The translations under genes were made by a program, and so were the position numbers. From assembly GCA_963771775.1 (NCBI GenBank), contig CAVYUS010000014.1, positions 63,457 to 127,456 on the forward strand: DNA of 64,000 nucleotides. The letters run 5' to 3'. This DNA comes from an uncultured Actinomycetota bacterium. GTDB lineage: Bacteria > Actinomycetota > Actinomycetes > Mycobacteriales > Pseudonocardiaceae. Under the pieces are notes generated by a model that was given only the letters and a program-made list of their open reading frames with translations, did not search any database and had not been told where the DNA came from. This document shows, piece by piece, positions 10,089 to 21,989 of the stretch (within the stretch, counting starts at the first letter, position 1; each line of letters begins with the position of its first letter).

Positions 10089-10733
10089 TCAGCTGCCCAG
10101 GTAGCGGACCACGGCCATCACACGGCGGCTCAGGCCTGACGAGCCGGCGAGGCCGAGCTTGTCGAAGATCGCGTTGATGTGCTTCTCCGCGGCGCTTTGG
10201 GAGATGTGCAGGTGTTCGGAGATGCGGGCGTTCGTGAGGCCCTGCGCCATCAGCTCCAGGACGTTCTTCTCGCGCGGGGTCAATGTTTCGAGCGGGTTGA
10301 CGTGGGTCGTTCTGGTCAGCAGCCGGCGCACCACCTCCGGGTCGAACGCCGCGCCGCCGGCCGCGACCCGGTCCAGCGCCTCCAGGAACTCGTCCACCTG
10401 TGCCACCCGGTCCTTGAGCAGGTAGCCGACCTTGCCACCGGTGCTGGTCATCAGTTCGGTGGCGTAGCGGTTCTCGACGTACTGCGAGAGCACGAGCACG
10501 GCGATGTGCGGCCATTGGCGGCGGATCGCGAGCGCGGCTCGCATGCCGTCGTCCTTGTGGTCCGGGGGCATCCGCACGTCGGTGACCACGATGTCCGGCT
10601 GGTGTTCCTCGGTGGCCTGCAACAGCTCTGGCGCGGTCCCGACGGCGGCCACGATGTCGTGGCCCTCCTCGGCGAGCAGTCTGATCAGGCCCTCGCGCAG
10701 CAGTGTGGAGTCTTCGGCCAGGATCACGCGCAC
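10089..10733 (-). CDS. NarL/LuxR-family response regulator
   Basis: VILAED, TDVRMPP, GYLLK, LTPREKNVL HTH. Confidence 0.92.
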   Translation of the reverse strand: MRVILAEDSTLLREGLIRLLAEEGHDIVAAVGTAPELLQATEEHQPDIVVTDVRMPPDHKDDGMRAALAIRRQWPHIAVLVLSQYVENRYATELMTSTGGKVGYLLKDRVAQVDEFLEALDRVAAGGAAFDPEVVRRLLTRTTHVNPLETLTPREKNVLELMAQGLTNARISEHLHISQSAAEKHINAIFDKLGLAGSSGLSRRVMAVVRYLGS

Positions 10734-11875
10734 GGCAACCTCGCATTGATGAGAGTCGGGCCGCCACGCGGACTGTCCACCGTGAACAGGCCGTCGACCG
10801 CCTTCACCCGGCGGGCGAGGCCGGACAGACCGGTGCCGGTCGCGTCCGCGCCGCCGATGCCGTTGTCCCACACCTGCACCGCGATGAGGTCGCCGTCGGG
10901 CCTCAGGGTGATGTCGACGAGCGTCGGCGCGGCGTGCTTGGTCGCGTTGGTGACGGCCTCCGAGACCACGAAGTAGATCACCGTCTCCAGCGCGGTCCCC
11001 GGCGGCTCGGGGAGGAGGTTGCTGATCTTGACGCGCACACCGGCCCGTTCCGCCAGCACCTCGAGCGCCACGTCCAGGCCCGAGTCGGTGAGCACCGCCG
11101 GGTAGACCCGGCTCGCGACCTCGCGCAGCTCCTCGATGGTCTCGGTCGAGGTGGCGTGCGCCTGGCGCAGCAGCTCCTGGAGCTGCTCGTCGTCGCGTGC
11201 GCGGCGAGCCCTGCCGAGCAGCATGGCGAGCGCGACGAGCCGCTGCTGGACGCCGTCGTGCAGGTCGCGCTCGATGCGCCTGCGCTCGTCGTCGATCGCC
11301 TCGATCACCTCGGCCCGCGTACTCGTCAGCTCCTCGACCCGTTGGCGCAGCAGCGTTTGCTGGCTGCGGCCGAGCATCGCCGTCGCGAGCCAGCGGTCGA
11401 GCACAGCGACACCGGCGACGCCCGCAAGGCTGACGAAGATGAGCAGCGCCCCTGGCAGCATCGCCAGGGCGATCAATCCGTTGTCGACGCGGTCGCCCTC
11501 CTCGACGAACCCCCACGTGCCGCCGAAAATCCACGCCGTCAGCATCGAGATCGCGACGGCGATGTAGAACATCAACATCAGGATCACGCCCGCGCCGAGG
11601 CCCCCGATGAGCCAGCGCACGGCGAGGTAGTTGCGGCACCGCCGCAACGTCAACGGGTCGGCGTGCGCGGGAGGGCCGTACCGCGCGATGCGGCGCAGTT
11701 CGAACTCGGTCTGCTTGATCACGCCCACGCCGAGCAGCGAGATCACCAGGTCCGGCAGCGCGGTCAGCGCGCCGGCCATCACACCGAAGAACGTCCAGAT
11801 CCACCTGCGCACCAGCGAACCCGCTCTGAGCTGATCGTCTTGGTGCACGAGCCCAACCGTACTGGCCGTGTTCAT
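10724..11875 (-). CDS. HisKA_3 sensor histidine kinase (start uncertain)
   Basis: ERRRIERDLHDGVQQ, EAVTNATKHA, DNGIGG, GTGLSGL; N-terminal TM segments. Confidence 0.88.
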   Translation of the reverse strand: MNTASTVGLVHQDDQLRAGSLVRRWIWTFFGVMAGALTALPDLVISLLGVGVIKQTEFELRRIARYGPPAHADPLTLRRCRNYLAVRWLIGGLGAGVILMLMFYIAVAISMLTAWIFGGTWGFVEEGDRVDNGLIALAMLPGALLIFVSLAGVAGVAVLDRWLATAMLGRSQQTLLRQRVEELTSTRAEVIEAIDDERRRIERDLHDGVQQRLVALAMLLGRARRARDDEQLQELLRQAHATSTETIEELREVASRVYPAVLTDSGLDVALEVLAERAGVRVKISNLLPEPPGTALETVIYFVVSEAVTNATKHAAPTLVDITLRPDGDLIAVQVWDNGIGGADATGTGLSGLARRVKAVDGLFTVDSPRGGPTLINARLPCA

Positions 11876-12007
11876 CCTCGGCATTGCGGTTTCCCACAGT
11901 ATTGCGCTGCGGTTTAACCCCCAATTCCCAACGGCCAGCCCCATGGTCCCCAGCCAGCCCCATTCCTAGCGTTGACCCGACCAAACCACCGCACAAAAGG
12001 GGGAAAG

Positions 12008-12649
12008 ATGCTGGCTGAGTGGGCTGTCGAGCTGATGGAGTCGCTGGGCGGAGTGGGCGCGGCCGTGGTCGTGGGCCTGGACAACCTGTTCCCGCCGATT
12101 CCGAGCGAGCTCGTGTTACCGCTGGCCGGGTTCTCCGCGAGCAAAGGCGTGTTCAGCCTGCCCGCGGCATTGTTCTGGACGACTCTGGGCTCAGTCGTCG
12201 GAGCCGTCGTCGTCTACTTCGCGGGAATGCTGCTGGGCCGCGACCGCACCCGCCGCCTGGTCGCTCGCATTCCGCTGGTCCGGGTCACCGACTTCGACCG
12301 GACCGAGGCCTGGTTCACCCGCCACGGCACCAAAGCGGTGTTCTTCGGCCGAATGGTGCCGCTGTTCCGCAGCTTCATCTCCCTGCCCGCCGGCGTGGAG
12401 CGCATGAACTTCCCGAAGTTCCTCGTGCTGACCACGCTGGGCAGCCTCATCTGGAACACCATGTTCGTCAGCGCGGGCTACCTGCTGGGCGAGAACTGGC
12501 ACCGCGTCGAGGGCTATGCCGGCATCTTCCAGAAGCTCGTGCTCCTGGGCGTGGCCGCAGCCGTCGCCCTGTTCGTGGCCACTCGCCTGCGCCAGCGCGG
12601 CAAGGGAGACCCGGAGACCACGGAGGTGCTGCCCCGTGTCAGGCGATGA
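12008..12649 (+). CDS. DedA family membrane protein
   Basis: NLFPPIPSE, FFGRMVPLFRSFISLPAG. Confidence 0.9.
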   Translation: MLAEWAVELMESLGGVGAAVVVGLDNLFPPIPSELVLPLAGFSASKGVFSLPAALFWTTLGSVVGAVVVYFAGMLLGRDRTRRLVARIPLVRVTDFDRTEAWFTRHGTKAVFFGRMVPLFRSFISLPAGVERMNFPKFLVLTTLGSLIWNTMFVSAGYLLGENWHRVEGYAGIFQKLVLLGVAAAVALFVATRLRQRGKGDPETTEVLPRVRR

Positions 12650-13441
12650 CCCCGCCCCGCAACACAATCCGCTCGCCCGTGCGCACCTTCCGACCCGTCA
12701 CAACGCCCGCAACCACCTGATGTGCCACCACCTCGGCACCCGGCTGCCGCCGCTGTTCGGATGCGGGGCTCCCAGCCAGGACGTTCACACGAAGGCGGTG
12801 TCGAGCTACGGCAGCAAGACGTCCGACGAGGTTCAGCGGATGACGTTACCCCGCAACATGATCCGGCTCGGCCGGGTGCGTCTTCCAGTACGTCCTCCGG
12901 CACGCCACAGCGTCCGCGACCGTCTGGCGGTCACCGCCTCGGCACTCGCCCGCCCGCCTCCGCTCGCTGTCAAGGTTTCAGCTGGAACATTCGCATAAGG
13001 GCGCCAACGTGCCCTGCGAGCACGATGTTCAGCGAGGCTCAGTGGATGACGTTGCCCCGCAACATGATCCGGCTGGGCCGGTGCGTCATCCGGCACGCCG
13101 CGGCGTCCGCGACCACCTGGGGCGTCACCGTGGTCGGCACCCGCCGGCCTGTCGGTTTCAGCTGGAACGTTCGCATGAGGGCGCCGATGAGTCCTGCAGG
13201 CGCGATGTTCGGTGAGGTTCAGCGGATGACGTTGCCCCGCAACATGATCCGCTCGGCCGGTGCGTCTTCCGGCGCGCCGCAGCATCCGCGACCACCTGGG
13301 GCGTCACCGTGTCGGCACCCCACCCGCCTGTCGGAGCTCCAGCCGGAACGCTCACACGGGGACGCCGACCAGCCCCGCCAGCACGATGTACGGCGAGGAT
13401 CAGCGGATGACGTCGCCCCGCAACACGATCCGACTCGGCCG
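12639..13441. repeat. Degenerate tandem array: four 180-206 bp units plus a fifth partial unit that is the amidohydrolase 3' end
   Basis: Core TCAGCGGATGACGTTGCCCCGCAACATGATCCG starts at 12639, 12833, 13039, 13219 and 13400; the intervening ~140 bp are also alignable. Confidence 0.9.
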
Positions 13442-14440
13442 CAGCAGCACGGACGGGTCCTCGACCGGATCCGCGTCGTAGGCGACGACATCGGCGAACC
13501 CACCGTCCTCCAGCCCCGGCAGACCGAGCCACGACCGCGCCGTCCACGAGCCGGCGCCGATCGCCGCCTCGACCGGCATCCCGGTCCTGATCAGCCAAAA
13601 GATCTCGCCGGCCACCTGCCCGCACGGCTGGTTGTCGGTACCCGCCAGCACCGTGACACCGGCCTCGTGGGCCGCGCGGACGGTCGGGAAGGCGTGGTCC
13701 CAGCCGGTCTGGATCCAGTCACGGAACCGCTCGTTGAGCGCCGTCTTCGGGTCGTCGATCACCTTGCGGAACGGGGTGAACGTCGGCACGAAGGCCGTGC
13801 CCTGAGCCGCCATCAGAGGAAGGAGCGCGTGATCCAGATGCAGTCCGTGTTCAAGGCTGTCCGCGCCCGCCTGCACCGCGTTGTGGCAGCCCTCCGCGGT
13901 CTGGCAGTGCACGGCGACACGACCACCCACGGCGTGCACGGCCTCGACCGCCGCCGTCAGGACATCCACCGGCACCGCGGGGTCGTCGGGCAGCCAGTCT
14001 CCGATGATCTTGCACCAGCCCTCGGCCGCCTCCTCGGCCGCTGCCTGCGGGAGTTCGTCCTCGGTCACCCTTCGTCCGTAGTCCTCGAAGAACCTGCCGG
14101 GCGTCGCGAGCCACCGGCCGCCGCGGTGCAACCGCGGCAGGTCGGGGTCGTCGGCGCGGTCCGGCACCGGATCCGGCGAGCCGGGCGAGCGCACGGCCAG
14201 GACGCCGGCGGAGCGGTGGGCGAGCATGTGCCGCCGGAAGACGGAGTGGTCGTAGGCGTCGCCGGGCGTCTCCATCCCGGGATGCGAGTGCACGTCGACC
14301 AGGCCGGGCAGCAGCCAGCCGCCGTCGATCACATCGTCCTCAGTGGACTCGGTCGACGAGGTGCGCAGCCGTTCGCCGTCGACGACGAACGAGACCGGCG
14401 AGCGTTGTGGCAGAGCGATTCCGGTGATCCTGACCCCCAT
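13400..14440 (-). CDS. Metal-dependent amidohydrolase
   Basis: PGLVDVHSH, VAVH, LEHG, AGTD, ADVV. Confidence 0.88.
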   Translation of the reverse strand: MGVRITGIALPQRSPVSFVVDGERLRTSSTESTEDDVIDGGWLLPGLVDVHSHPGMETPGDAYDHSVFRRHMLAHRSAGVLAVRSPGSPDPVPDRADDPDLPRLHRGGRWLATPGRFFEDYGRRVTEDELPQAAAEEAAEGWCKIIGDWLPDDPAVPVDVLTAAVEAVHAVGGRVAVHCQTAEGCHNAVQAGADSLEHGLHLDHALLPLMAAQGTAFVPTFTPFRKVIDDPKTALNERFRDWIQTGWDHAFPTVRAAHEAGVTVLAGTDNQPCGQVAGEIFWLIRTGMPVEAAIGAGSWTARSWLGLPGLEDGGFADVVAYDADPVEDPSVLLRPSRIVLRGDVIR

Positions 14441-14448
14441 GAAAACGA

Positions 14449-14484
14449 CGGTACCCCAGGCCGGGGGAGTGGCCTGGGGTACCG
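14449..14484 (-). terminator. GC-rich hairpin downstream of katG
   Basis: CGGTACCCCAGGCC-N8-GGCCTGGGGTACCG, perfect 14 bp stem, followed on the minus strand by TCGTTTT. Confidence 0.7.
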
Positions 14485-14497
14485 GGGAGGGGCTGGA

Positions 14498-17181
<2,684 letters not shown>

Positions 17182-17197
17182 GTGCCCACCCTGCCGT

Positions 17198-17217
17198 CTT
17201 TTCTGGAATGAGTCAAG
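17198..17217 (-). promoter_or_regulatory. FurA operator overlapping the -35 region
   Basis: Minus strand CTTGACTCATTCCAGAAAAG closely matches the mycobacterial furA box as I recall it (CTTGACTGATTCCAGAAAAG). Confidence 0.75.
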
Positions 17218-17247
17218 TTAACGAATGATGCCATTCACTCGAACCGG

Positions 17248-18642
17248 TCACCGCCGCACGGCGACCATGGCGTCGGCCAGCCGCCGCACACCCTCGGTGA
17301 GCACGTGCTCAGGTGCGCCGCCGTAGGTCAAACGAAGAAAACTGCCCGGCGGTTCAGCGGCGAACCACGGCCGTCCGGGAAACACGACGACGTCGCGTGC
17401 CGCCGCGGCCGCGGTCAGCTCGACGTCGTCGACGCCCTCCGGCAACTTCGTCCACAGGTGCAGGCCGCCGGACGACCTGGCCGGTTCCAGTTCGGGGAGG
17501 TGATTACGGATCGCGCGCGCCAGAGCGTCGCGCCTCGACCTCAAAGACTGCTGGAGCGTGCGCAGATGCCGGCGCCACACCGGCGACGTCACGAAGTCGA
17601 TCGCCGCCTCCTGCAGTGGGCCCGCGACGTACAGGTCCTGCCGTGACCGGGTGTTCTTCAGCCGGGTGCCAGCCGGTCCGCGGGCCCCGATCACGGCGAC
17701 GCGCAGCCCCGGTGCGGCGACCTTGGTCAGCGAGCGGACGTAGACGACGTGACCGTCGGTGTCCTGCGAGGCCAGCGTCGGTGGTGCGACGCCGTCGATG
17801 GTGAAGCCGCGCGCCCAGTCGTCCTCGACCAGGAACGCGCCTGCCTTGCTGATGATCCGCATCACCTCGGGGCGCCGGTCCTCGGACAGCACGGCGCCGT
17901 GCGGGTTCGCGTGCAGCGGCTGGCAGTAGAAGAGCTTCGCGCCGGTGCGTTCGAAGGCGGCCTGCAGCAGATCCGGCCGTACCCCGTCCTGATCCGCCGG
18001 TACGGGCACGACCTTGAGGCCCGCGTCGCGCGCGGCGGCGATCGCGCCGAGGTAGGTCGGCGACTCGACGAGCACGGTGTCACCGATGCCGCCGAGGCCG
18101 CGAAACACCGTGGCGAGCGCTTCCTGGGCGCCCGCGCACACCGTCATGTCGCCTGCCCTGAGCTCGCCGCCGGCCTCCTTCGCGAACCACGCGCGCAGCT
18201 CTTCCTTGCCCTCGGCCGGCACACGGCCCCACGCGGCGGGCCGGCGCGCCGCCCGGCTGAGGGCGGCGCCGAGTGCCTCCGTCGGCTGCAGGTCCGGGTC
18301 GAGGTAGCCGCTGGTGAGCGGGATGACCTCGGGTTTGGGCACGGCGATCAGGTTCGCCACGAGGTCCTCGCCCGGCCGGCCCTCGCCGAGCGCGACTGCC
18401 TGCCATGACAGGTCCTGGCTGGTCACGGGTGCCCGGTGCGCGATGTAGCTGCCCCGGCCCGGCCGCACCTCGACGAGTCCCTCGGCCGCGACGCGCTGGA
18501 TCGCCTGCTGCACGGTCGCGGGCGCGGCGCGGTGCCGAGCCATCAGGTCGCGCACCGACGGCATCCGATCGCCCGCGCGTCCGGCACGTGCCGCAGCTCT
18601 CAGGTCCTCGATAACGCGGAGGGCTGCGTTATCCTCATTCAT
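17248..18642 (-). CDS. MocR/GntR-family regulator with PLP-dependent aminotransferase domain
   Basis: wHTH (MPSVRDL...GRGSY) plus ESPTYLG, NPHG, EDD, SLTKVAAPGLR. Confidence 0.92.
   Translation of the reverse strand: MNEDNAALRVIEDLRAAARAGRAGDRMPSVRDLMARHRAAPATVQQAIQRVAAEGLVEVRPGRGSYIAHRAPVTSQDLSWQAVALGEGRPGEDLVANLIAVPKPEVIPLTSGYLDPDLQPTEALGAALSRAARRPAAWGRVPAEGKEELRAWFAKEAGGELRAGDMTVCAGAQEALATVFRGLGGIGDTVLVESPTYLGAIAAARDAGLKVVPVPADQDGVRPDLLQAAFERTGAKLFYCQPLHANPHGAVLSEDRRPEVMRIISKAGAFLVEDDWARGFTIDGVAPPTLASQDTDGHVVYVRSLTKVAAPGLRVAVIGARGPAGTRLKNTRSRQDLYVAGPLQEAAIDFVTSPVWRRHLRTLQQSLRSRRDALARAIRNHLPELEPARSSGGLHLWTKLPEGVDDVELTAAAAARDVVVFPGRPWFAAEPPGSFLRLTYGGAPEHVLTEGVRRLADAMVAVRR
18610..18633. promoter_or_regulatory. 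Perfect 8 bp inverted repeat, candidate MocR operator inside the MocR coding start
   Basis: GATAACGC-N8-GCGTTATC, ending 7 bp before the EamA ATG. Confidence 0.5.
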
Positions 18643-19555
18643 GAGAGCCAAGAGTAACGTTATTGTGCCAGCGGGGGTAACACTCGGCGTGCTCGGCGTC
18701 CTGGGTTTCAGCTACTCACTGCCCGCGACCCGGCTGGCGGTAGCCGGACTGGACCCGTGGTTCGTCGCGTTCGGCCGCGCGTTCGGCGCGGGCCTGCTGG
18801 CGATCGGCTATCTGGCGTTATCCCGTGCACCGCTGCCTTCGCTGTCGCAGGTACGCCGGCTGGTCGTCGTCGCTGCGGGCATCGTGATCGGCTTCCCGCT
18901 GTTCACGTCCCTGGCACTCACCACCCAAACCTCCGCACACGGCGCCGTCGTGATCGCCGTGCTGCCGATGTCCACGGCGATCTGGGCCGTGCTGCGCGCC
19001 TCCGAACGCCCGCCCGTCGCGTTCTGGCTCTCCAGCGGCGCCGGCCTGCTCGCCGTCCTGGCGTTCGTCGCGACCGGCGGAGGCTTCTCCGGCTCACTAA
19101 GCCTGGCGGACATCTACCTGCTGATCGGGATTGTCCTGTGCGGCTTGGGTTACGCCGAAGGTGGCGCACTGTCCCGTGAACTCGGCGGCGCGCGAACCGT
19201 GTGCTGGGCGCTGGTCGTCTCGCTACCCGTGACGATTCCGGTTTCCTTGTACACAGCGGACTTCTCGCGCGCCACCGGCACCGTGTGGTTCAGCTTCGCT
19301 TACGTGACCGTGATTTCGATGTTCCTGGGCTTCTTCGCCTGGTACGCCGGCCTGGCCGCGGGCGGCGTCGCGAAGATCGGCCAGATCCAGCTGGCCCAAC
19401 CGGTCCTGACCCTGATGTGGTCGGCCCTGGTCCTGTCCGAACCAGTCGGCTGGCCCGCCCTCGCCACCGCCGGGGTCGTGCTCGTGTGCGTCGTCCTGAC
19501 TCAACGCAACCGGGTCACACCGACGACGGTCGCCGCGGGTCAACCAGTCCGCTGA
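18641..19555 (+). CDS. EamA/DMT family transporter
   Basis: About 10 TM segments; SLPATR, GFFAWYAGLA, QLAQP. Confidence 0.9.
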   Translation: MRAKSNVIVPAGVTLGVLGVLGFSYSLPATRLAVAGLDPWFVAFGRAFGAGLLAIGYLALSRAPLPSLSQVRRLVVVAAGIVIGFPLFTSLALTTQTSAHGAVVIAVLPMSTAIWAVLRASERPPVAFWLSSGAGLLAVLAFVATGGGFSGSLSLADIYLLIGIVLCGLGYAEGGALSRELGGARTVCWALVVSLPVTIPVSLYTADFSRATGTVWFSFAYVTVISMFLGFFAWYAGLAAGGVAKIGQIQLAQPVLTLMWSALVLSEPVGWPALATAGVVLVCVVLTQRNRVTPTTVAAGQPVR

Positions 19556-20114
19556 CACCGGCCCGATCGAAGGCCTCGATGAGCGCCCGGCTGCCCCGCT
19601 CGACCTTGAGCCGGATCTCGGCCGGGTGCAACGGCACGACGGCCAGCAGGTTGATCCTCCCGTCGATCTCGCGAGCTTCCGCCCGCACGTTCACCATCGG
19701 CGTGACGACAATGCCCGCGAACTCGGTGTCCGGCGCGTAAGGCACAGCCGGTTCACCGTTGGGCAGCAGGTGCCACGCTCCGAGCCACGTGCCGTGCTCG
19801 TGCGGGAACGCCGCCAGGTACTTGAGCAGGTGAACCGGCCACGAGCTGTCGTCCGCGAGGTCTTCGATCGGCCAGTCCGCCGGCAGGCACATCATCAGCT
19901 CCACGAACGGGCTGACCCCGTCCGGCACCGTCATCGGCAGGTCACTCATGCCCTGAGTCACAAGTGTCCGGCTGGGACGGTCCTCGCTCGGCCCCGCAAC
20001 CAGCACGTGCACCCCAGTCGACGGCACCGCGTGGAACACGAACTCGATAGCCCCGAAATGCTCCTCGACATGCCGCTCGATCGCCTCATGCGCGTCGGCC
20101 CCCACGTGATCCAT
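19515..20114 (-). CDS. Suppressor-of-fused (SUFU) domain protein
   Basis: TLVTQGMSDLPM, ELMMCLPADWP, LAAFPHE..TWLG, VPLHPAE. Confidence 0.8.
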   Translation of the reverse strand: MDHVGADAHEAIERHVEEHFGAIEFVFHAVPSTGVHVLVAGPSEDRPSRTLVTQGMSDLPMTVPDGVSPFVELMMCLPADWPIEDLADDSSWPVHLLKYLAAFPHEHGTWLGAWHLLPNGEPAVPYAPDTEFAGIVVTPMVNVRAEAREIDGRINLLAVVPLHPAEIRLKVERGSRALIEAFDRAGVSGLVDPRRPSSV

Positions 20115-20169
20115 GGAGCCGAAGCCTAGGCCGCCGAAAATTGTCAGACCCTCCTGCCATCCTCGAACC

Positions 20170-20709
20170 ATGCCGATCGAAGTGGCAAGCAAGCGCCGCA
20201 AGGTGGTGCGCCCGAACGCGGTGGTGCTAGACGTGACCTCCCGCGGCCCTGAGCCGTGGGTGCGTTTCAGCCCTTTCTACCCGCACGGCGAGATTCCGGT
20301 GCCACTCTCGCCGGGCGTGACGAGCGAGTCGGTGGAGGGCGTCTGGCAGGCCCTGAAGGTCTTCGAGTCCGCCGATGTCGACCCGGCGAAGCTGGCCGTG
20401 ACGTCCATGAAGGGCTTGAAACGCACGGTCCGCCGGTTCGGCTCGGTCCAAGGTCACCGCGCGGGCCTGACCGGAGACCGGTTGCTCGACTACCGCACCG
20501 CACGCCACGAGATCTACCTGCCGACCTATCGCTGGGTGCTGGAGAACCGGCTCCATGACCTGGTGGCCGAGCTGCACTCCTTGGCCATGTCGTCAGACGT
20601 CGTGCTGCTCGACTACACGACCAACGGCGATCCCGACGACCTCAGGACGCCGCTGTCCCACGCGGCACTGGTCGCCGACCACCTGAGGCGCACTCACTCG
20701 ACCGAGTGA
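20170..20709 (+). CDS. Conserved hypothetical protein (DUF6939-like)
   Basis: FSPFYPHGEIPVP, SVEGVWQALKVF, YLPTYRWVLE, PLSHA. Confidence 0.6.
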   Translation: MPIEVASKRRKVVRPNAVVLDVTSRGPEPWVRFSPFYPHGEIPVPLSPGVTSESVEGVWQALKVFESADVDPAKLAVTSMKGLKRTVRRFGSVQGHRAGLTGDRLLDYRTARHEIYLPTYRWVLENRLHDLVAELHSLAMSSDVVLLDYTTNGDPDDLRTPLSHAALVADHLRRTHSTE

Positions 20710-20842
20710 AGCTTGTCCGGATCGACGCGTGGCGCCGTCTGTTAGATGTCAGGAAATCATGGTCATCTTCCTCCCGCAAAAATTAGGAACGCGGGGGCGG
20801 CCGGACCGTTGTGACACGTCACGAGACGAAGGGGGCCAGACA

Positions 20843-20998
20843 CCGATGCTCGTTCGCCGAATGCCGATGCCGGTCCGCTGGCCGATGCTGGTCGGCCGGA
20901 TGCCGGTGCGGGTACACCGGGCGACGATGCGGGTGCACCGGGCGACGATGCGGGTGCACCGCCCGGCGCCGGGTGCTGGTGCGGGTGCACCGGCCGAC
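20843..20998. repeat. Compound intergenic minisatellite (39 bp x2, then 21 bp x2-3)
   Basis: CCGATGCTsGTyvGCCGrATGCCG twice, then GATGCGGGTGCACCGGGCGAC repeats. Confidence 0.7.
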
Positions 20999-21181
20999 GA
21001 GCGCCGGTCGGCCCGCCGGGCGCGGATCCCGGGCACGTCGCCACTCAACGCCACTGCCGCGTGGCGGCCGTGGCCGTTGTCCGGCCGGTCCGTTCGCCGC
21101 ACGGGTCTGACCGGGCGCAATGATCGGATTTATACTGCTGTCTCTCGGCTTTGGGGGTCGGCAGTGCCAAAAGAGCAGACA

Positions 21182-21520
21182 GTGAACAAGGATCTTCTCA
21201 AGATCGTGGACGCGCTTGCCGAGGTGCAGCGCTCCTCCGGTCAGCAGTACGACACGCTCCGTGTGCGCGGCAAGGTGTTCGGGTACTACTGGCCGCGTAC
21301 GCAGACTGTCGGGCTGAAGCAGACGCTGTCCGAGCAGCAGGCTCTCGTCGCGGAACGGCCGGATGTCTTCGAGGTGCAGTTCACGGCGGGCGGCTTCGGC
21401 TGGGTCGTGGTCTACCTGGACGGCGTCGAGGCCGACGAGCTCGCGGAGCTGGTGTTCGAGGCGTGGCGGTTGTCCGCGCCGGACGAGCTGGTTGCCCAGG
21501 TTCCGGACCTCGCGCGATGA
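21182..21520 (+). CDS. MmcQ/YjbR family protein
   Basis: RVRGKVFG...GWVVVYLD...ELVFEAWRLSAP. Confidence 0.8.
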   Translation: MNKDLLKIVDALAEVQRSSGQQYDTLRVRGKVFGYYWPRTQTVGLKQTLSEQQALVAERPDVFEVQFTAGGFGWVVVYLDGVEADELAELVFEAWRLSAPDELVAQVPDLAR

Positions 21521-21876
21521 CCAGGGTCAAGTTCGAGCTGCCGGCGGACGATCTGGAGCGCGCGACGGCGTTCTACCGGGATGTCTTCGGGTGGTCGTCG
21601 CAGAAGCTGCCGTTCGAGTACGTGCTCGTCGACACCGGTGGCGAGCCCGTCGACCCCGCGGACGCCGACGGAGGCATCTCGCCGCGCACCGAGTTCGTGC
21701 GGGGGCCGGTGCTGATCATCGAGGTGCCGTCGATCGACGAGGTGGCGCGGAAGGTGGCGGAGGCGGGCGGCCTGCTCCTCAACGCCAAGGAACGTGTTGG
21801 CGACCACGGGTTCTCGCAGTACGTCAAGGACAGCGAAGGCAGTGTGCTCTGTTTGTGGGAGTCCATTCAGGACTGA
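21517..21876 (+). CDS. VOC/glyoxalase family protein
   Basis: FELPADDLERATAFYRDVFGW...KDSEG; ATGA overlap. Confidence 0.85.
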   Translation: MTRVKFELPADDLERATAFYRDVFGWSSQKLPFEYVLVDTGGEPVDPADADGGISPRTEFVRGPVLIIEVPSIDEVARKVAEAGGLLLNAKERVGDHGFSQYVKDSEGSVLCLWESIQD

Positions 21877-21989
21877 CGCGGACCGAGGACTGACGCGGGC
21901 TCAGGGCTGACGCAGGTTTCAGGACTGACGCGGGCCTCAGGGCTGACGAGGTTCTCAGGACTGGCGTGGTTCTCAGGACTGGCGCGGGT
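21867..21989. repeat. Seven tandem 17-18 bp units (TCAGGACTGACGCGGGYY) between convergent stop codons
   Basis: Units start at 21867, 21884, 21901, 21919, 21937, 21955 and 21973. Confidence 0.9.

Noticed and set aside
12639-13441. CRISPR array
   Set aside because: The 'spacers' are about 140 bp and homologous to each other, the repeat is a gene end, and no cas genes are present
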